Source: Octopus vulgaris
Lineage: Eukaryota
DNA: 64,000 bases
Assembly (NCBI GenBank): GCA_951406725.2
Contig: OX597833.1
Location: forward strand, 682,001 to 746,000
Direction: 5' to 3'
The notes under the pieces were generated by a model that had not been told where the DNA came from, searched no databases, and saw only the letters and a list, made by a program, of their open reading frames with translations. A program made the position numbers and the translations under genes. This document shows positions 12,557 through 26,201 of the stretch, piece after piece (within the stretch, counting starts at the first letter, position 1; every line of letters begins with the position of its first letter).

Positions 12557-13831
12557 AATAAAGTGGAAGTAGACAAAAATAAACATTATTTTCCCTCTTT
12601 TACTGTTTTGTTTCGTTTTGAAGAATAAAAATTTATTTTATGGTTTGTTGTTGTTTATATTTTGAATTACATAATTTTTTTTGGGGGGCACCAAAATCTT
12701 ATAAGTGTTGGGGCCTCAATGGGTCTTAATCCGGCTCTGTATAGAGCAGAGGGGCCGAACGAGGATGGTACCGTACCCACCGTCTCCAACGCTTTGGTCG
12801 TCCCGGGCTTATAAGTAGAAGACATTTACCCAAGGTGCCACGCAGTAGGACTGAACTCGGCACCACATGGTTGGATGCGAACTTCTTACCACACAGCCAT
12901 GCCTTCACTTATTGCATCTTTTATTCATCGACATGAATTCAATTAAATTAAACCGGTTTCAGCTCACGAGCTGTGGCCATGCTGGGGCATCGCCATTTAT
13001 TCCTTTTTTCTCTCTTTTTTTTTTCTCTTTTACTTATTTCCGTCATTTGACTACGGTCATGCTGGAGCGTTGCGTTGTGTTCTTGAGCAAAGCACTTCAT
13101 TTCACGTTGCTCTGCGATCCCTTCGGCATCTGACATGTGGCATCTTGTTGTACCTGTACAGGTAATGTCGATCTGATGGAGGGTTAGAAGGCACTCGCAC
13201 AAGGTACCCCGTACTGGGACCGAACACGAAACTACGCAGTTGCAAAACGGGCTTCATAACCACACACCTATGTCTACACGTGGAAAAAAAAAAAAGTTTG
13301 AAATTTTTTCTTCTAGACAATACAAATAACACAAAACCCCATAAAATGTATTTTTATCCACAAAAAATGACGCTTTAGTGTTCTCTTTTCTTTGTGCTGT
13401 GTTGTGTTCTAGTTTTTATTGGGTGTGCGTTTTGTGTGGGATTAAAACTAAAGGCTTACCCGGGTGGCACACAATCTGACTGTTACGCCGAATACTATTT
13501 CCTTTGGATTTCAGATCTTTGCCCTAATTTAATATCACATGAATGAAGCGAAATTTATATGAAACGGTGTTTTATAGCCGTGATTGGTATCCTTCGTACA
13601 GACTCCGTGTGAAAGCATTCTTAGTATACAAAACCGGTTGTTAGAATTCTGGCAGTTCATTGCTGTATGTATGTATGTGCATGTATATATATATATATGC
13701 ATATGCATGTACATGTGTGCATATATTGTATGCATATACTTACTAATGTATATATGTATGTATCTATCTATCTACCGTTCGAACGGACAGCCATGTTGAA
13801 GTGGCTACGAACATTACTGATACACACACAC

Positions 13832-13901
<70 letters not shown>

Positions 13902-13986
13902 AGAGTTTACGAAAAAAAAAACAAAAGACGAAGATAGGTTCAAAACAAACAGATGTATTAGTATAACGCTCAAGAATAGAAAAAGT

Positions 13987-14022
13987 GTTTTACGTTTCGA
14001 GCCTACGCTCTTCTACAGAAAG
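13987..14022 (-). ncRNA. Minimal hammerhead-like motif with CUGUAGA core
   Basis: UUU-CUGUAGA-A-GAGC-GUAG-GCUC-GAAA-CG-UA-AAA; identical core at 40679; lies in a short insert ending in (TA)n. Confidence 0.6.
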
Positions 14023-14487
14023 GGATACAGAAAAAAACCCCCCAAAAGACGAGAGAAACAAGGCGAGAAAAAATATGTGTGTAGTGGCTACTGATCTATC
14101 ATAGCGACTGCCGGACAGAAGGGTCACACAGGAGAGCGAAGAAGTAGGGGGAAATAACAAAGTAAAGATGACCCCATGCTTTCGGTACGAATGGTTTTTA
14201 TACGGTGCCGAATTTACAATCCTGTAAATAATATCAATGACATTTTTATATAAGCTTAAAACTTATGGCGATCACCGTGCAATGACTAAGGAAAATGGTC
14301 TAATAAAGGGAAATATAATACCTCAAAAAAAAAAAAAAAAAAAAAGAAGGCTTTCCTATCCGATATCAAAGTATAAAGGCGCGAACTTGTAATTATCTTT
14401 TGGACTTTGATTGATGAAGAACTAGCAACGAAGTTTTTGTTTGTTATATTTTTGTAAAATTTTCCGTTTCTTGAGTTTTTACTTTTG

Positions 14488-14546
<59 letters not shown>

Positions 14547-14549
<3 letters not shown>

Positions 14550-14846
14550 TTATATATAAAAGTGAAGTTGTGTGTCTATCTGTCTCCTACGATTTAGATT
14601 CCTAACTACTCCCACATTTTGCGGTGCAGTTTAACCAAAACCGGGTATCTTATAGTCGTGATTCATATCGAGCCCTTCTGGGTATTAGCGCGCGTCTACG
14701 ATGAGTCTACGATTTAAAAAAAAATTACCATCATTTTTTCCATTTTAATGCATTTTTTTTGTTATTATATAAGGGAAGTAACTCTCTAAAAATGCTTATA
14801 TAGTTATTTCCCTTACAAACCCGAGCAACGCCGGGCGATACTGCTA

Positions 14847-14847
<1 letters not shown>
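14547..14847 (+). mobile_element. Complete 301-bp non-autonomous Helitron
   Basis: A|TC 5' end (TCTTTATATATAAAAG), 3' hairpin CCCGAGCAACGCCGGG and CTAG|T; inserted in (TA)n with no TSD. Confidence 0.85.
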
Positions 14848-14898
<51 letters not shown>

Positions 14899-15031
14899 GC
14901 TGGTTATGATTCTATTCAACATATACCGCTAAGATTTATACACGGCTGTAAAGGACATTATTACATTATTTACATTTGACACAGGAGGATCAGCTGGTTA
15001 TGATTCTATTCATATGATTCTTCTTCTTCTT

Positions 15032-15100
<69 letters not shown>

Positions 15101-15101
<1 letters not shown>

Positions 15102-15168
15102 GACATAGTGGTTAAGAGCGCGGGCTACTAACTCCAAGATTCCGAGTTCGATTCCAGGCAGTGACCTG
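15101..15168 (+). mobile_element. tRNA-like Pol III head
   Basis: Partial A box TAGTGGTTAAG and B box GAGTTCGATTCC, followed by (AAT)n and a hammerhead-bearing segment. Confidence 0.7.
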
Positions 15169-15192
15169 AATGATAATAATAATAATAATAAT

Positions 15193-15259
<67 letters not shown>

Positions 15260-15306
15260 TCAAAAAATACCTTAGGAATGAGAAACCAGGTTCGAAACTT
15301 CCTCAA

Positions 15307-15352
15307 GACACCTGATGAAGGCTGGAGGGTATATCAGCCGAAACGTTGTGTT
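15307..15352 (+). ncRNA. Minimal type-I hammerhead ribozyme
   Basis: GACAC-CUGAUGA-A-GGCUG-loop-CAGCC-GAAA-CG-UU-GUGUU; other copies at 35593 and 52498. Confidence 0.85.
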
Positions 15353-15711
15353 AACAACAAACAAGATGAGGACAAATATCCGTCAAATGTAAATAATGTA
15401 AATAATGTACATAATTCCTCGTCTCTTAAATCTAGAGCCTGTAAAAGAACTCGAAGGGGTGTGCTTCCAACCAGGCCTTCCTCGACCTTCTTAAAGCTAG
15501 GAACTTTAAAGTACCCCGTCGTATATGTAAACATGTATTTTGTATTAACATTTGCCTGAAGTAACAGTGGAAATGTATGTGTGTGTGTGTGCGCGTATGT
15601 ATTTATATAGTTAATCCAAACATGAAATCACAAAGAGAAAGCACAACAACGCGAGGACGTGGAACAAGTATAGTGTTATTGGACGCTCAGGAAAGGAAAG
15701 AAAGAAGGAAG

Positions 15712-15746
15712 GCTTAACGTTTCGAGCGGAGCTCTTCGTCAGAATC
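15712..15746 (-). ncRNA. Minimal type-I hammerhead ribozyme
   Basis: GAUU-CUGACGA-A-GAGC-UCC-GCUC-GAAA-CG-UU-AAGC; same family as 43334. Confidence 0.75.
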
Positions 15747-15887
15747 ATAGGAAAAGGAAAGATCCAAGGAAGGGAAGACAGAGGGAAAAAAATAACGGTA
15801 CACATGCGGTCACACATACATACATACATACATACATACATACACACATACATACATACATGCATACATACATACGTACATACATAT

Positions 15888-15918
<31 letters not shown>

Positions 15919-16160
15919 AATAATACATACATACATACATACATACATACATACATACATACATACACACACACATACATACATACACACACACATACAT
16001 ACATACACACATACACATACATACATACATACATACATACATACATACATACATACATACAATATATACATACATACATACGGACACAGCTATGTGAATG
16101 TGTGTGTGTATGTGTGTACATGCGCACAAGAGAGAGAGAGTTTCTAGATAACTATAGTTC

Positions 16161-16197
<37 letters not shown>

Positions 16198-16378
16198 TTG
16201 TGTGTTTGTGTGTAGTGTTTAAGTGTCTACTTGCGTATGTAAGTATTCCCGCGTGTGTGTGTGTGCGCGTGCATGTAGGGGGGGGGTAAAGACAAATTAT
16301 AATTTTTTCTTCTTGAGGAAGTGGAAAAATAATGAACAGGTGAATAGGGCGGAAGTAGAGGGCGCGGGGGAGAAGCTG

Positions 16379-16470
<92 letters not shown>

Positions 16471-16971
16471 GTGTTTGTTTGATGTGTGTGCGTGTGTGTT
16501 TGTGTGTGTGTGTGTGTGTGTGTTATGCGTGCGTGTGTGTGTGTGTGTGTGTGCGTGCGTGAGTGTGCGTGTGTGCGAGTATTCGTTGAAAATTCGGAAG
16601 GTGAGCAGAAGCAAGAGGTGTAATGTCTAGGGAGACGGGGGGGGGCTGAGGGTCGAGTAGGTGGCAAACAGGGTGACAGTAAATGGGTTTAGATAAAGAG
16701 GATGGGTGGGAGGATGTTGTGTGAAGAAGGAGGAGGAGGTGAGAGAAAAAGGAGGAGCGGAGCGGGGGCGGTGGGTGAGAGGGGTGGTGGTGGTAAAAAA
16801 ATTGGGTGGTGAAGAGCAAACAATACCTGGATGAAGGGGAAGATAATTGAGGTGTACTTGTGTGTGTGAGTGTGTGTGTGTGAGTGTGTGTGTGTGTGAG
16901 TGTGTGTGTGTGAGTGTGTGTGTGTGAGTGTGTGTGTGTGTGAGTGTGTATGTGTGTGAGTGTGTATGTGT

Positions 16972-17008
<37 letters not shown>

Positions 17009-18189
17009 TGTGTGTGTGTGAGTGTGTGTGTGTGTTTGTCTTTGTATGTTTGTGTGTGTGTGTGTATTTGTATATCTGTACGTGTTTCCATGTGTATGTG
17101 CTTGTGTCTATGTTGTATATGTCTGTAAGTGTTGTATGTTTGTGTGAATCTGTGTGTGTGTCTGTGTGTGTGCTCGTGCGTGCACGTGTGTTTGTATGTA
17201 TTTATGTGTGTGTGTATGTGTTTGTGTGTGTTTGTATGTTTGTGTGTGTGTGTATGTGTGTGTGTTTGTGTGTGTGTTTGTGTGTGCTCGTTGTGTATCA
17301 GTGTTAGTATCTAAGTGTGTGCGTCACTGTATTTTTGTATATCTGTGTGTGTGAGTGTGTATATGTGTGTGTGCGAGTGTGTATATGTGTGTGCGCGAGT
17401 GTGTCTATGTATGTGTGTGTGAATGGCATGTCTATGTGCGTGTCTCTGTGAGTATTTGTGCATGTTTGTGCGTGTGTGTGTTTCTGTGAGTCCGTACATG
17501 TATGTGGCTGTGTGTATATTTGTGTGTGTGTGTGTGTTTGTGCGTCTGTATGCATATATTGTGTATTTGAGTGCGAGTGTTGTGCGCGCGAATGTGTGTA
17601 ACTGAAAATTTTTGAGAGGTTTTGCTATTGCATTTTCGAGGTGGACCTTGATCGAGCCAACTTATGATTAAAAGCATGCCAACCATGACCATCACGTTCT
17701 AAATGCGGGAAAATTGTCTAATACGTCTGATATGTGGCTGGTGGATGGAAACCTGAAACAAGAAACTGAATCGCTGATTTTTAGCGGCCCAGGAGCAAGC
17801 CATTATAAAGAATTTGATAAAGAAAACGATTAACAAAACTAAGTCAGACAACAAACGCAGAATCTGTGGAAAAGGAGACGAAATTATTAACTATCTCTTA
17901 AGTGAATGCAGTTAGCGAGTGCCAAAGGAGTATAAACGCAGGGAAGACGTGTGTCGGTAAAAGAGTGTATGAGGATGTTAGCGGAGTGTATGAATTCAAT
18001 GTAACAGTAAAGTGGTATGAACATGAGCCAGAGGCTGTGCCAAAGAAGAAAAACTGAACATACTACTGAAGCAACAAAACTAGATATGACTATAGAGGAC
18101 AAAAGAGAAAATAAATCTCTGAAAGATCATAGGCATTGCAATACGATATGACAGGTGAGTTGTAGTTCGCTTGAAGCAGTTTAGTACTG

Positions 18190-18420
18190 AAGAAGGAAAA
18201 GAAAGGGGGAAAATAAGAAAGCCTCTGACAATGCGGGAAGTTTTACAAAAAGCTTCATATTTCAGGCGCGAATATGGAAAAGGTTAACAGACCCTGTGTA
18301 ATTGGGAATTTCCCAGGCTGTTTCCTTCTGAGAATGAGCTTTGTGTCTGTAATATAAAGGATTTTGTAAAAATTACGCATTATCAGACGCTTCTTATTTT
18401 CCCTTTTTCTTTCCCTTCTA
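18190..18420. mobile_element. Diverged palindromic MITE
   Basis: GGGAAAATAAGAAAGCCTCTGACAATGCG is matched by an inverted arm ending ...CGCATTATCAGACGCTTCTTATTTTCCC. Confidence 0.6.
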
Positions 18421-18637
18421 CGAAGGGGTTTTGGAAACTTCCTGGCTTTGGGTAAAAGAAAATATAGGAGGATCAGTTAACTATGATTTTATTCAATATA
18501 TTTCCCTCTCAGATTCGCACTTTCTGCAGTGGTCCTTCAGTTTTTCAAAGCCCTATAAAAAAAAATTCGGAAGGTTGGATCACCAATTAGGCATTTCGCG
18601 ATTCCCTTAAAGCCAGGAAATTTTTAGTACCTCCTCG
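18421..18637. mobile_element. Mariner-type MITE (~220 bp)
   Basis: TA|CGA.GGG...TTCCTGGCTTT and AAAGCCAGGAA...CCTCG TIRs; other copies at 42345-42564 and 43832-43975, partial at 15437-15522. Confidence 0.75.
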
Positions 18638-18866
18638 TGGAGCTGATACCAAAGAAATTGAGAAAATTGCGAAATATCTGGACTTAGCCAGAGAGATATA
18701 GTGATTGTTGAACTCCAAGATGACGATTATTCCTGTAGTAATTGGTGGACTTAGCACAACATCCAAACTGTTACCTACAAGATTAGAGAATACTGGAATT
18801 GAAACTCATTTGCCAAAATCTGCAATCTTGTATTCTGCAAGAAACGCAAGAAAGGTTCTTGAGATA

Positions 18867-19278
18867 TCTCTTTTACTCTTTTACTCTTTTACTTGTTTCA
18901 GTCATTTGACTGCGGCCATGCTGGAGCACCGCCTTTAATCGAGCAACTCGACCAGGGACTTATTCTTTTGTAAGCCCAGTACTTATTCTATCGGTCTCTT
19001 TTGCCGAACCGCTAAGTAACGGGGACATAAACACACCAGCATCGGTTGTCAAGCAATGCTAGGGGGACAAACAGAGACACACAAACATACACACACGCAT
19101 ATGTATATATACATATATACGACGGGCTTCTTTCAGTTTCCGTCTACCAAATCCACTCACAAGGCTTTGGTCGGCCCGAGACTATAGTAGAAGACACTTG
19201 CCCAAGGTGCCACGCAGTGGGACTGAACCCGGAACCATGTGGTTGGTAAACAAGCTACTTACCACACAGCCACTCCTA
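18867..19278 (-). mobile_element. Family A SINE
   Basis: Near-identical to 12116-12556. Confidence 0.9.
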
Positions 19279-19782
19279 TATGTCGCAAAACATCAAGAAA
19301 ACATAAGTACGAGAACGAAATTTACTTAGAGGGTGCAAACTGGGGTCCCACGTAGGATGTTCAAAACGTTTTCATTGCTCCAAATTTTAGGGGTTGCCCT
19401 TAAACCCTACGCACCCGTTGCTCCGCATGTCTATGACTACTCACTCCTCTTACTAATATAGTATTTAAAAAAAATTTTCTTTCAGTCATTTGACTGCGGC
19501 TATGCTGGAGCACCACCTTTAGTCGAGCAAATCGACCCACAAATCTTATTCTTTGTAAGCCTAGTACTTATTCTATCGGTCGCTGTTGCCGAACCGCTAA
19601 ATTACGGGGACGTGAACACACCAGCATCGGTTGTCAAGCGATGCTTGGGACAAACACAGACACGCAAACACACACACACACACATACACGCGCGCGCCCG
19701 CACACGCACATACACGTACACACACCCGTTACTGTCTTTTGTTTATTTTTGTACATTTGAACCATATATATATATATATATG

Positions 19783-19833
<51 letters not shown>

Positions 19834-19834
<1 letters not shown>

Positions 19835-20233
19835 GGCGCAGGAGTGGCTGTAGGGTAAGTAGCTTGCTAACCAACCACATGGTTCCGGGTTCAGTCCTAC
19901 TGCGTATCTTGGGCAAGTGTCTTCTGCTATAGCCCCGGCCGACCAATGCTTTGTGAGTGGATTTGGTAGACGGAAACTGAAAGAAACCTGTCGTATATAT
20001 GTATATATATGTGTATATATGTGTATGTGTGTGTGTTTGTCCCCCTAGCATTGCTTGACAACCGATGCTGGTGTGTTTACATCACCGTCACTTAGCGGTT
20101 CGGCAAAAAGAGACCGATAGAATAAGTACTGGGCTTACAAAAGAATAAGTCCCGGGGTCGATTTGCTCGACTAAAGGCGGTGCTCCAGCATGGCCGCAGT
20201 CAAATGACTGAAACAAGTAAAAGAGTAAAAGAG
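19834..20233 (+). mobile_element. Family A SINE
   Basis: Full head-to-tail match to 12116-12556. Confidence 0.9.
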
Positions 20234-20373
20234 TATATATATACACACACAAACATATATGTCTACATACTCATATACATATGCATATACATATATATAT
20301 ATATATGTGTGTGTATATATATATATATATATACACACATACACATACGTATATACATACATACATATATACA

Positions 20374-20405
<32 letters not shown>

Positions 20406-20413
20406 CATATATA

Positions 20414-20449
<36 letters not shown>

Positions 20450-20483
20450 TATATATACATATATATACATATATATATATATA

Positions 20484-20566
<83 letters not shown>

Positions 20567-22109
20567 ATGTATATATATATACATATATCACTTATTCTAT
20601 CGCTCAGTTATGAGGAGGTAAACACACCAAGACCGGTTATCAAGCGTTGTTGGAGGACATACACAACACACACACACACACGCATACACACTACACATTT
20701 TTTTCTTTATCTCCATGCACATGCGTATGTAGGTCACCGTCGGCACTTCGGAGTTGAACTCAAGAAGCAAAGAAACGTAACCGAGTCTCGCATTCCCATT
20801 CAGCGCTGTCTTCTCAATTAATCTCGATTCAATTCCTTCCAAACCAATAAACAAACAAACACAGCACCAACCTCCTACTACAACATTACACTTACCTGTT
20901 CACTAAATACATTATATTTCCATAGCGAACTTCAGCATTGCTATACACTTGCTTTGTCACCGTTTACAATAAAGCACTTCATCCTACTCGCTCCCGCTCG
21001 ACTTTTTCGAGTTTCTCATTCATAAATTCTGCTTAATGGAAATCCAATCCCACTCTAATTAAACCAAGCACATACCTTCTCTTTCTCGCTTGTTGTTATG
21101 GTAAGGGACGCGATAATCCCTGACACTTTGCCAGATTATATACGAACTCTGCAAACCCACGTCCGTATGCTTGTATGCATATATCGTATATGGAGGTATT
21201 TACTTACATATATACACGGATATATGACCACAATCATGTACATTCACACGTGCGCGCGCGCACACACACATATATACATACATACACACGCACTCCTATA
21301 TATATAAATATACACATATATACATACACACACATACAAATGCATACATACATACATACATACATACATACACAGACACATATATATATATACACAACCA
21401 CACACACACAAAATCCGCAAATATGAGTAGATTTTTATGCGTGTATATACATATACGCACATCCGACTTGGCAATAACACCCTGGTCTCGCGAGACATCC
21501 GACTCGGCAATAACACCCCGGTCTCGCGCCATTTCCGCTATACCGTTCACTCTTTGCACTACCTGTCTGTGTTCGGATTGTCCTTGCATAGGGGCCATCC
21601 GGACTCCCGTTTGCGCCGTGAACAGGGACTAATCTTTTCTCTTCGCTCCTTTGCGCCACATGGTCTCAACTCTCTTCCCCTCTTCATCTAACCTCCTCCC
21701 CTCTCCTCTCTCCCTCTTACACCTACTTCCTCCCATCCACCTCTCCTCTCTTGCTTCGACTCTTGCTCCTACTGCTTCTCTTCATGTTTATTAACCAACT
21801 CCTGCTACTACAACTGTTGCCTCAGTAAACGACATCGAAGATCCGCGGCCAAGCACCAGTCTACAATAAATTTTTATACAAGTCTTGCAACTGTTTCTTA
21901 CACGACATTGTGTATTTCTTGTATTTACATTCTTTGGTACTTTTCTATGAACAAATAACACTGCTGTAGTATAATATAGAATGGTGTGCGTGGCCTTTAC
22001 CTGAGAATATGCCTTAAGAATGTAAAAGTATTAAACAAAGCTATGTAGGGCTTATAGTCCAACTTACGACCAATCAGTCTGAACTAATTGTGGTCATAAG
22101 TAGACGATG

Positions 22110-22152
<43 letters not shown>

Positions 22153-22229
22153 AATATATATAAGAATTTTTTGCGTAATGAGATAAAAAAGCTAGGCTGT
22201 GTAGATATTAGAACATTTATAGATAGAAG

Positions 22230-22281
22230 GTCTCACAGCTGTTTCCAGGATATTTATTAATTATATCCCTTCATCGGAGAC
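22230..22281 (-). ncRNA. Hammerhead, CCGAUGA-core family, cleavage triplet mutated to GUG
   Basis: GUCU-CCGAUGA-AGGGAUAU...AUAUCCUG-GAAA-CAGCUG-UG-AGAC; same element as 58479. Confidence 0.6.
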
Positions 22282-22410
22282 GGTATGAGAGGATGGTTAA
22301 GTAATAGTTAATTTAGATAGGATGCAAAATAGAGAGTGAGGTGGAGGAAAGAAAATAGGTGTAAGATATGTAGGGATATTGAAGTTGTAGATCTATTTTT
22401 TAGGCAGAAT

Positions 22411-22473
<63 letters not shown>

Positions 22474-23163
22474 CGGGCTTCTTTCAGTTTCCGTTTACCA
22501 AATCCACTCACAAGGCTTTGGTCGACCCGAGGCTATAGTAGAAGACACTTGCCCAAGGTGCCACCCAGTGGGACTGAACTCGGAATCAAGCTTCTTACCA
22601 CGCAGCCACGCTGCACCTATTTCATTTTTTATGGAAAAAAAGTATGGAAGAATTCCTGGTGGAGTCGTTTTTAGTGTTTGCTGACCTGTCTTCAGAAGAA
22701 AACGTACCAGTTTTATTTCTTCGACCATAAACGGAGTAAGAATAATCAACTGATAAAGAAAGCAGTCAAAATTAAAGCTATCGCCGTAATGGACAAATGG
22801 AGGCGCGTGGTCCATTGATTCGTTCGGTCGAAACGTTTCCAGTTGGTGCCCCAGCATGGCCGCAGTTTAATTTTCGAAATAAATAAGAGAAAAAAAGTGT
22901 TAATAATTCCGGCACAAATCTCGTCTCAGACATCGAATTTTCTCACAGAGCTTTCCATGTCTCTCTCTCTCTTTCTCTTTCTTTCTCTCTTTCTCTCTCT
23001 CTCTCTCTCTCCTCTCTGTGTCTCAGTTCTCTCTCGTCGACTCTGGCCCCCTTCCCTCCCCCTCTCTCTCCGTTTCTGTCAAAATCCTAATCAAGGTAAA
23101 AACTTGACCTCTTTCTTTATCTTCTGTGCATTCCACTTGAGACTATCAAAAGGCCAGTTTCGC

Positions 23164-23202
<39 letters not shown>

Positions 23203-23376
23203 CATACATACACACACGCACACACACACACGCACTTATAAAGTCACACATCAATACATACACACACACTCATACATGAAGACAAATTTTTCGTACATGT
23301 ATTTACCTTGCTCAATAAAGACGTAGAGAGAGAGAGAGGGAGACATATAGAGAAAGAGAGAGAGAGAGAGTGAGAG

Positions 23377-23413
<37 letters not shown>

Positions 23414-24418
23414 GAGAAAGAGAGAGAGGGGGGAGAACATCAGAGAGATATTGAGAAAAAGAAAGTCAGAGCGAGAGGGTGACAGACAGAAACAAAAAAC
23501 AAATAGAGAGTGAGTGAGAGAATGAGAGAGAAAAAGACAGACAGAGAGAGAGACTAGAGAGAAAGAGGAAAAGAGAAAGACAGGCAGATAGGCAAGACGG
23601 ACGAGAGAGAGTGAGAGAGAGACGGACGGACAGAGAGAGAGGGAAAGAGAAAGGGGGAAAAGAATGAAATAGTGACAGAGAGAGAGGGGAAAAGGTGATA
23701 GTGTGAGAAGGCGACAGTGGTGGAGGCGGAGACGGAGAAGAAGGAGGTGGTGGTGGTGGTGGAGCGGGAGAAGAGACTTCTAAGACACGGCGGGCGGTTT
23801 TTTTGTTGTCGAATTCCTCCAGTTCAACAACAACAACAACAACAACAACGACAGCAACACTAAAAGGAAAAGCTAAACGTCACCACCACCACCACCACCA
23901 CCACCTTCACCACCACCACAACCACCACCACCAACTCCGCCGCCGCCGCCGTCACCGACAATACTACACACAACAACAACAACAACAATATCAACAATAA
24001 GCAAAGGATTCGAAAAGTCAACAATAGCGACAACAGATACGAAACAACAACAACCACGGCACAACCCGGACGGACTTACTGCGAAGGGCTTTTTCTTTTT
24101 ATTTTTTATTAGAAATAACAGCTAAATTCATCCTTCAATCAATCACACACTTTACCGTCCTTCTTTTCTTGTTTTTGTTGTTTTTTTACTTTTTATTTAA
24201 AAAATAAACAGGACGAAAAGGCTTTGGGGAAATAATAGGAAAAATTAAAATTATTATTGGAAGGTGATGGCCACGCCTGGTAAAAAACAAAAACAAAAAC
24301 AAACAAAAAGGCCTTTGTGTATGTAATAGCGGTTTGCCGAAACAGATCGATAGAACAATCTTCAAAGCGGTGCTCCAGCAAAGCCGTAGTCTAATGATTC
24401 AAACAAGTAAATAGATAT

Positions 24419-25285
24419 ATTTCTTTACTACCCTACAAGGGGCTAAAGCACAGAGGGGACAAACAAGGACAGACAAAGGGATTAAGTCGATTATATCGAC
24501 CCCAGTGCGTAACTGGTACTTAATGTTATCGACCCTGAAAGGATGAACGGCAAAGTCGACCTCGGTGGAATTTGAACTCAGAATGCAGCGGCAGACGAAA
24601 TACCTATTTCTTTACTACCCACAAGGGGCTAAAACACAGAGGGGACAAACAAGGACAGACATAGGTATTAAGTCGATTATATCGACCCCAGTACGCAACT
24701 GGTACTTAATGTTATCGACCCTGAAAGGATGAACGGCAAAGTCGACCTCGGTGGAATTTGAACTCGGAACGCAGCGACAGACGAAATACCTATTTCTTTA
24801 CTACCCACAAGGGGCTAAAACACAGAGGGGACAAACAAAGAAAGACATAGGTATTAAGTCGATTACATCGACCCCAGTGCGTAACTGGAACTTTATTTAT
24901 CGACCCCGAAAGGACGAAAGGCAAAGTCGACCTCGGCGGAATTTGAACTCCAGAACATAGCGACAGACGAATTACCTACTTCTTTACTACCCACAAGGGG
25001 CTAAACACAGAGGAGACAAAGAAGGATAGGCAAAGGGAAGTCGATTACATCGACCCCAGTGCGTAACTGGTACTTATCTAATCGACCCCGAAAGGACGAA
25101 AGGCAAAGTCGACCACAGAACGTAAAGACAGACGAAATACCCATTTCTTTACTACCCACAAGGGGCTAAACACAGAGGGGACAAACAAGGATAAACAAAC
25201 GGATTAAGTCGATTACAACGACCCCAGTGCGTAACTGGTACTTAATTTATCGACCCCGAAAGGACGAAAGGCAAAGTCGACCTCG
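24419..25285 (-). repeat. Tandem array of ~5 headless units of family C SINE (Deu/Nin-like domain)
   Basis: ~185-bp units containing GCCTTTCATCCTTTCGGGGTCGAT and the junction AAAGAAATA|GGTATTTCG. Confidence 0.9.
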
Positions 25286-25842
25286 AAATAGATAGAGAAT
25301 AACTTTTTTCTTATTTTCTTTATCCGGTCCATCGGGACCCAAAATGGAGTTAGGAAAAAAAACTTCGACGCAGAACCAGCGAATAAAATAATAGCCAATT
25401 TGTGGTGTCCTCTCTTCCACCCGTTGTCCAGCAAGAAGGGGGTACATACACATACACACGCACACACAGACTTGCTAAGCGAACAACTAGCTAGACAAGT
25501 GACCCACCTTTCTGTCTCCCTAAAAATATTGTCGTCAAAGCTGCGCGCTTGGCTTCTTCCCTTCTTTTCTTGGCTGCCGTACTTTTTCTCTCCCTCCTCC
25601 TCCTCCTCCTCTCTCTCTGGGTTGCATGTGTGATTAAATGTTATTATTAATGGTTGTTACACTAAGAAAGAAAGAAAGAAATATATACAAGGGTGACACG
25701 AAACTAGCCACCTTCCTTCCTTCCTTCTTCCTTCCTTCCTTCTTCCTTCCTTCCTTCTTCCTTCCTTCCTTCCTTCCTTCCTTCCTTCCTTCCCTCCTTC
25801 CTTCCTTCCTTCTCTGTCAAGCTCTGTGTGGTTAATAAACAA

Positions 25843-25896
<54 letters not shown>

Positions 25897-26054
25897 TTTT
25901 TTGTTCTTTTCTTCCCTTTTACGATCCCTCTTGATCGAAAACCTACGCCACCCCTTTTTTTTCTTTTGTTTTTTGTTTTTTCATCCCCCAAAAGAAAAGC
26001 TCTACCTTGTAACTTGTCCCATCTGTGTGCAGCCCTGTGTGGCCAATAAAGAAA

Positions 26055-26132
<78 letters not shown>

Positions 26133-26137
26133 GTCTA

Positions 26138-26201
<64 letters not shown>

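Larger units (their letters stand above)
11741..12739 (-). mobile_element. hAT-type MITE containing a nested 5S+SINE insertion
   Basis: Imperfect TIRs CAGCGCTGGAT / CAGAGCCGGAT; 8-bp TSD CATAGAGC/TATAGAGC; internal sequence matches the MITEs at 62659 and 63514. Confidence 0.75.
17750..18865 (+). pseudogene. Decayed R4/Dong-type (restriction-like endonuclease) LINE C-terminus, interrupted by MITEs
   Basis: ETESLIF...KTKSDNKRRICGKGDE and KEIEKIAKYLDLAREI...IIPVVIGGL...SAIL..ARNARKVLE motifs, with many disablements. Confidence 0.65.

Noticed and set aside
15101-15168. Functional tRNA gene (also applies to the SINE heads)
   Set aside because: A/B boxes are present, but there is no complete cloverleaf and no terminator.
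21460-21910. Possible solo LTR with a 36-bp tandem duplication (similar candidates at 38230-38580 and 39720-40040)
   Set aside because: No paired TG...CA ends with TSD and no second copy could be confirmed.
24419-25285. Family C tandem units as hammerhead retrozymes
   Set aside because: No CUGANGA/GAAA hammerhead core was found on either strand of the unit.
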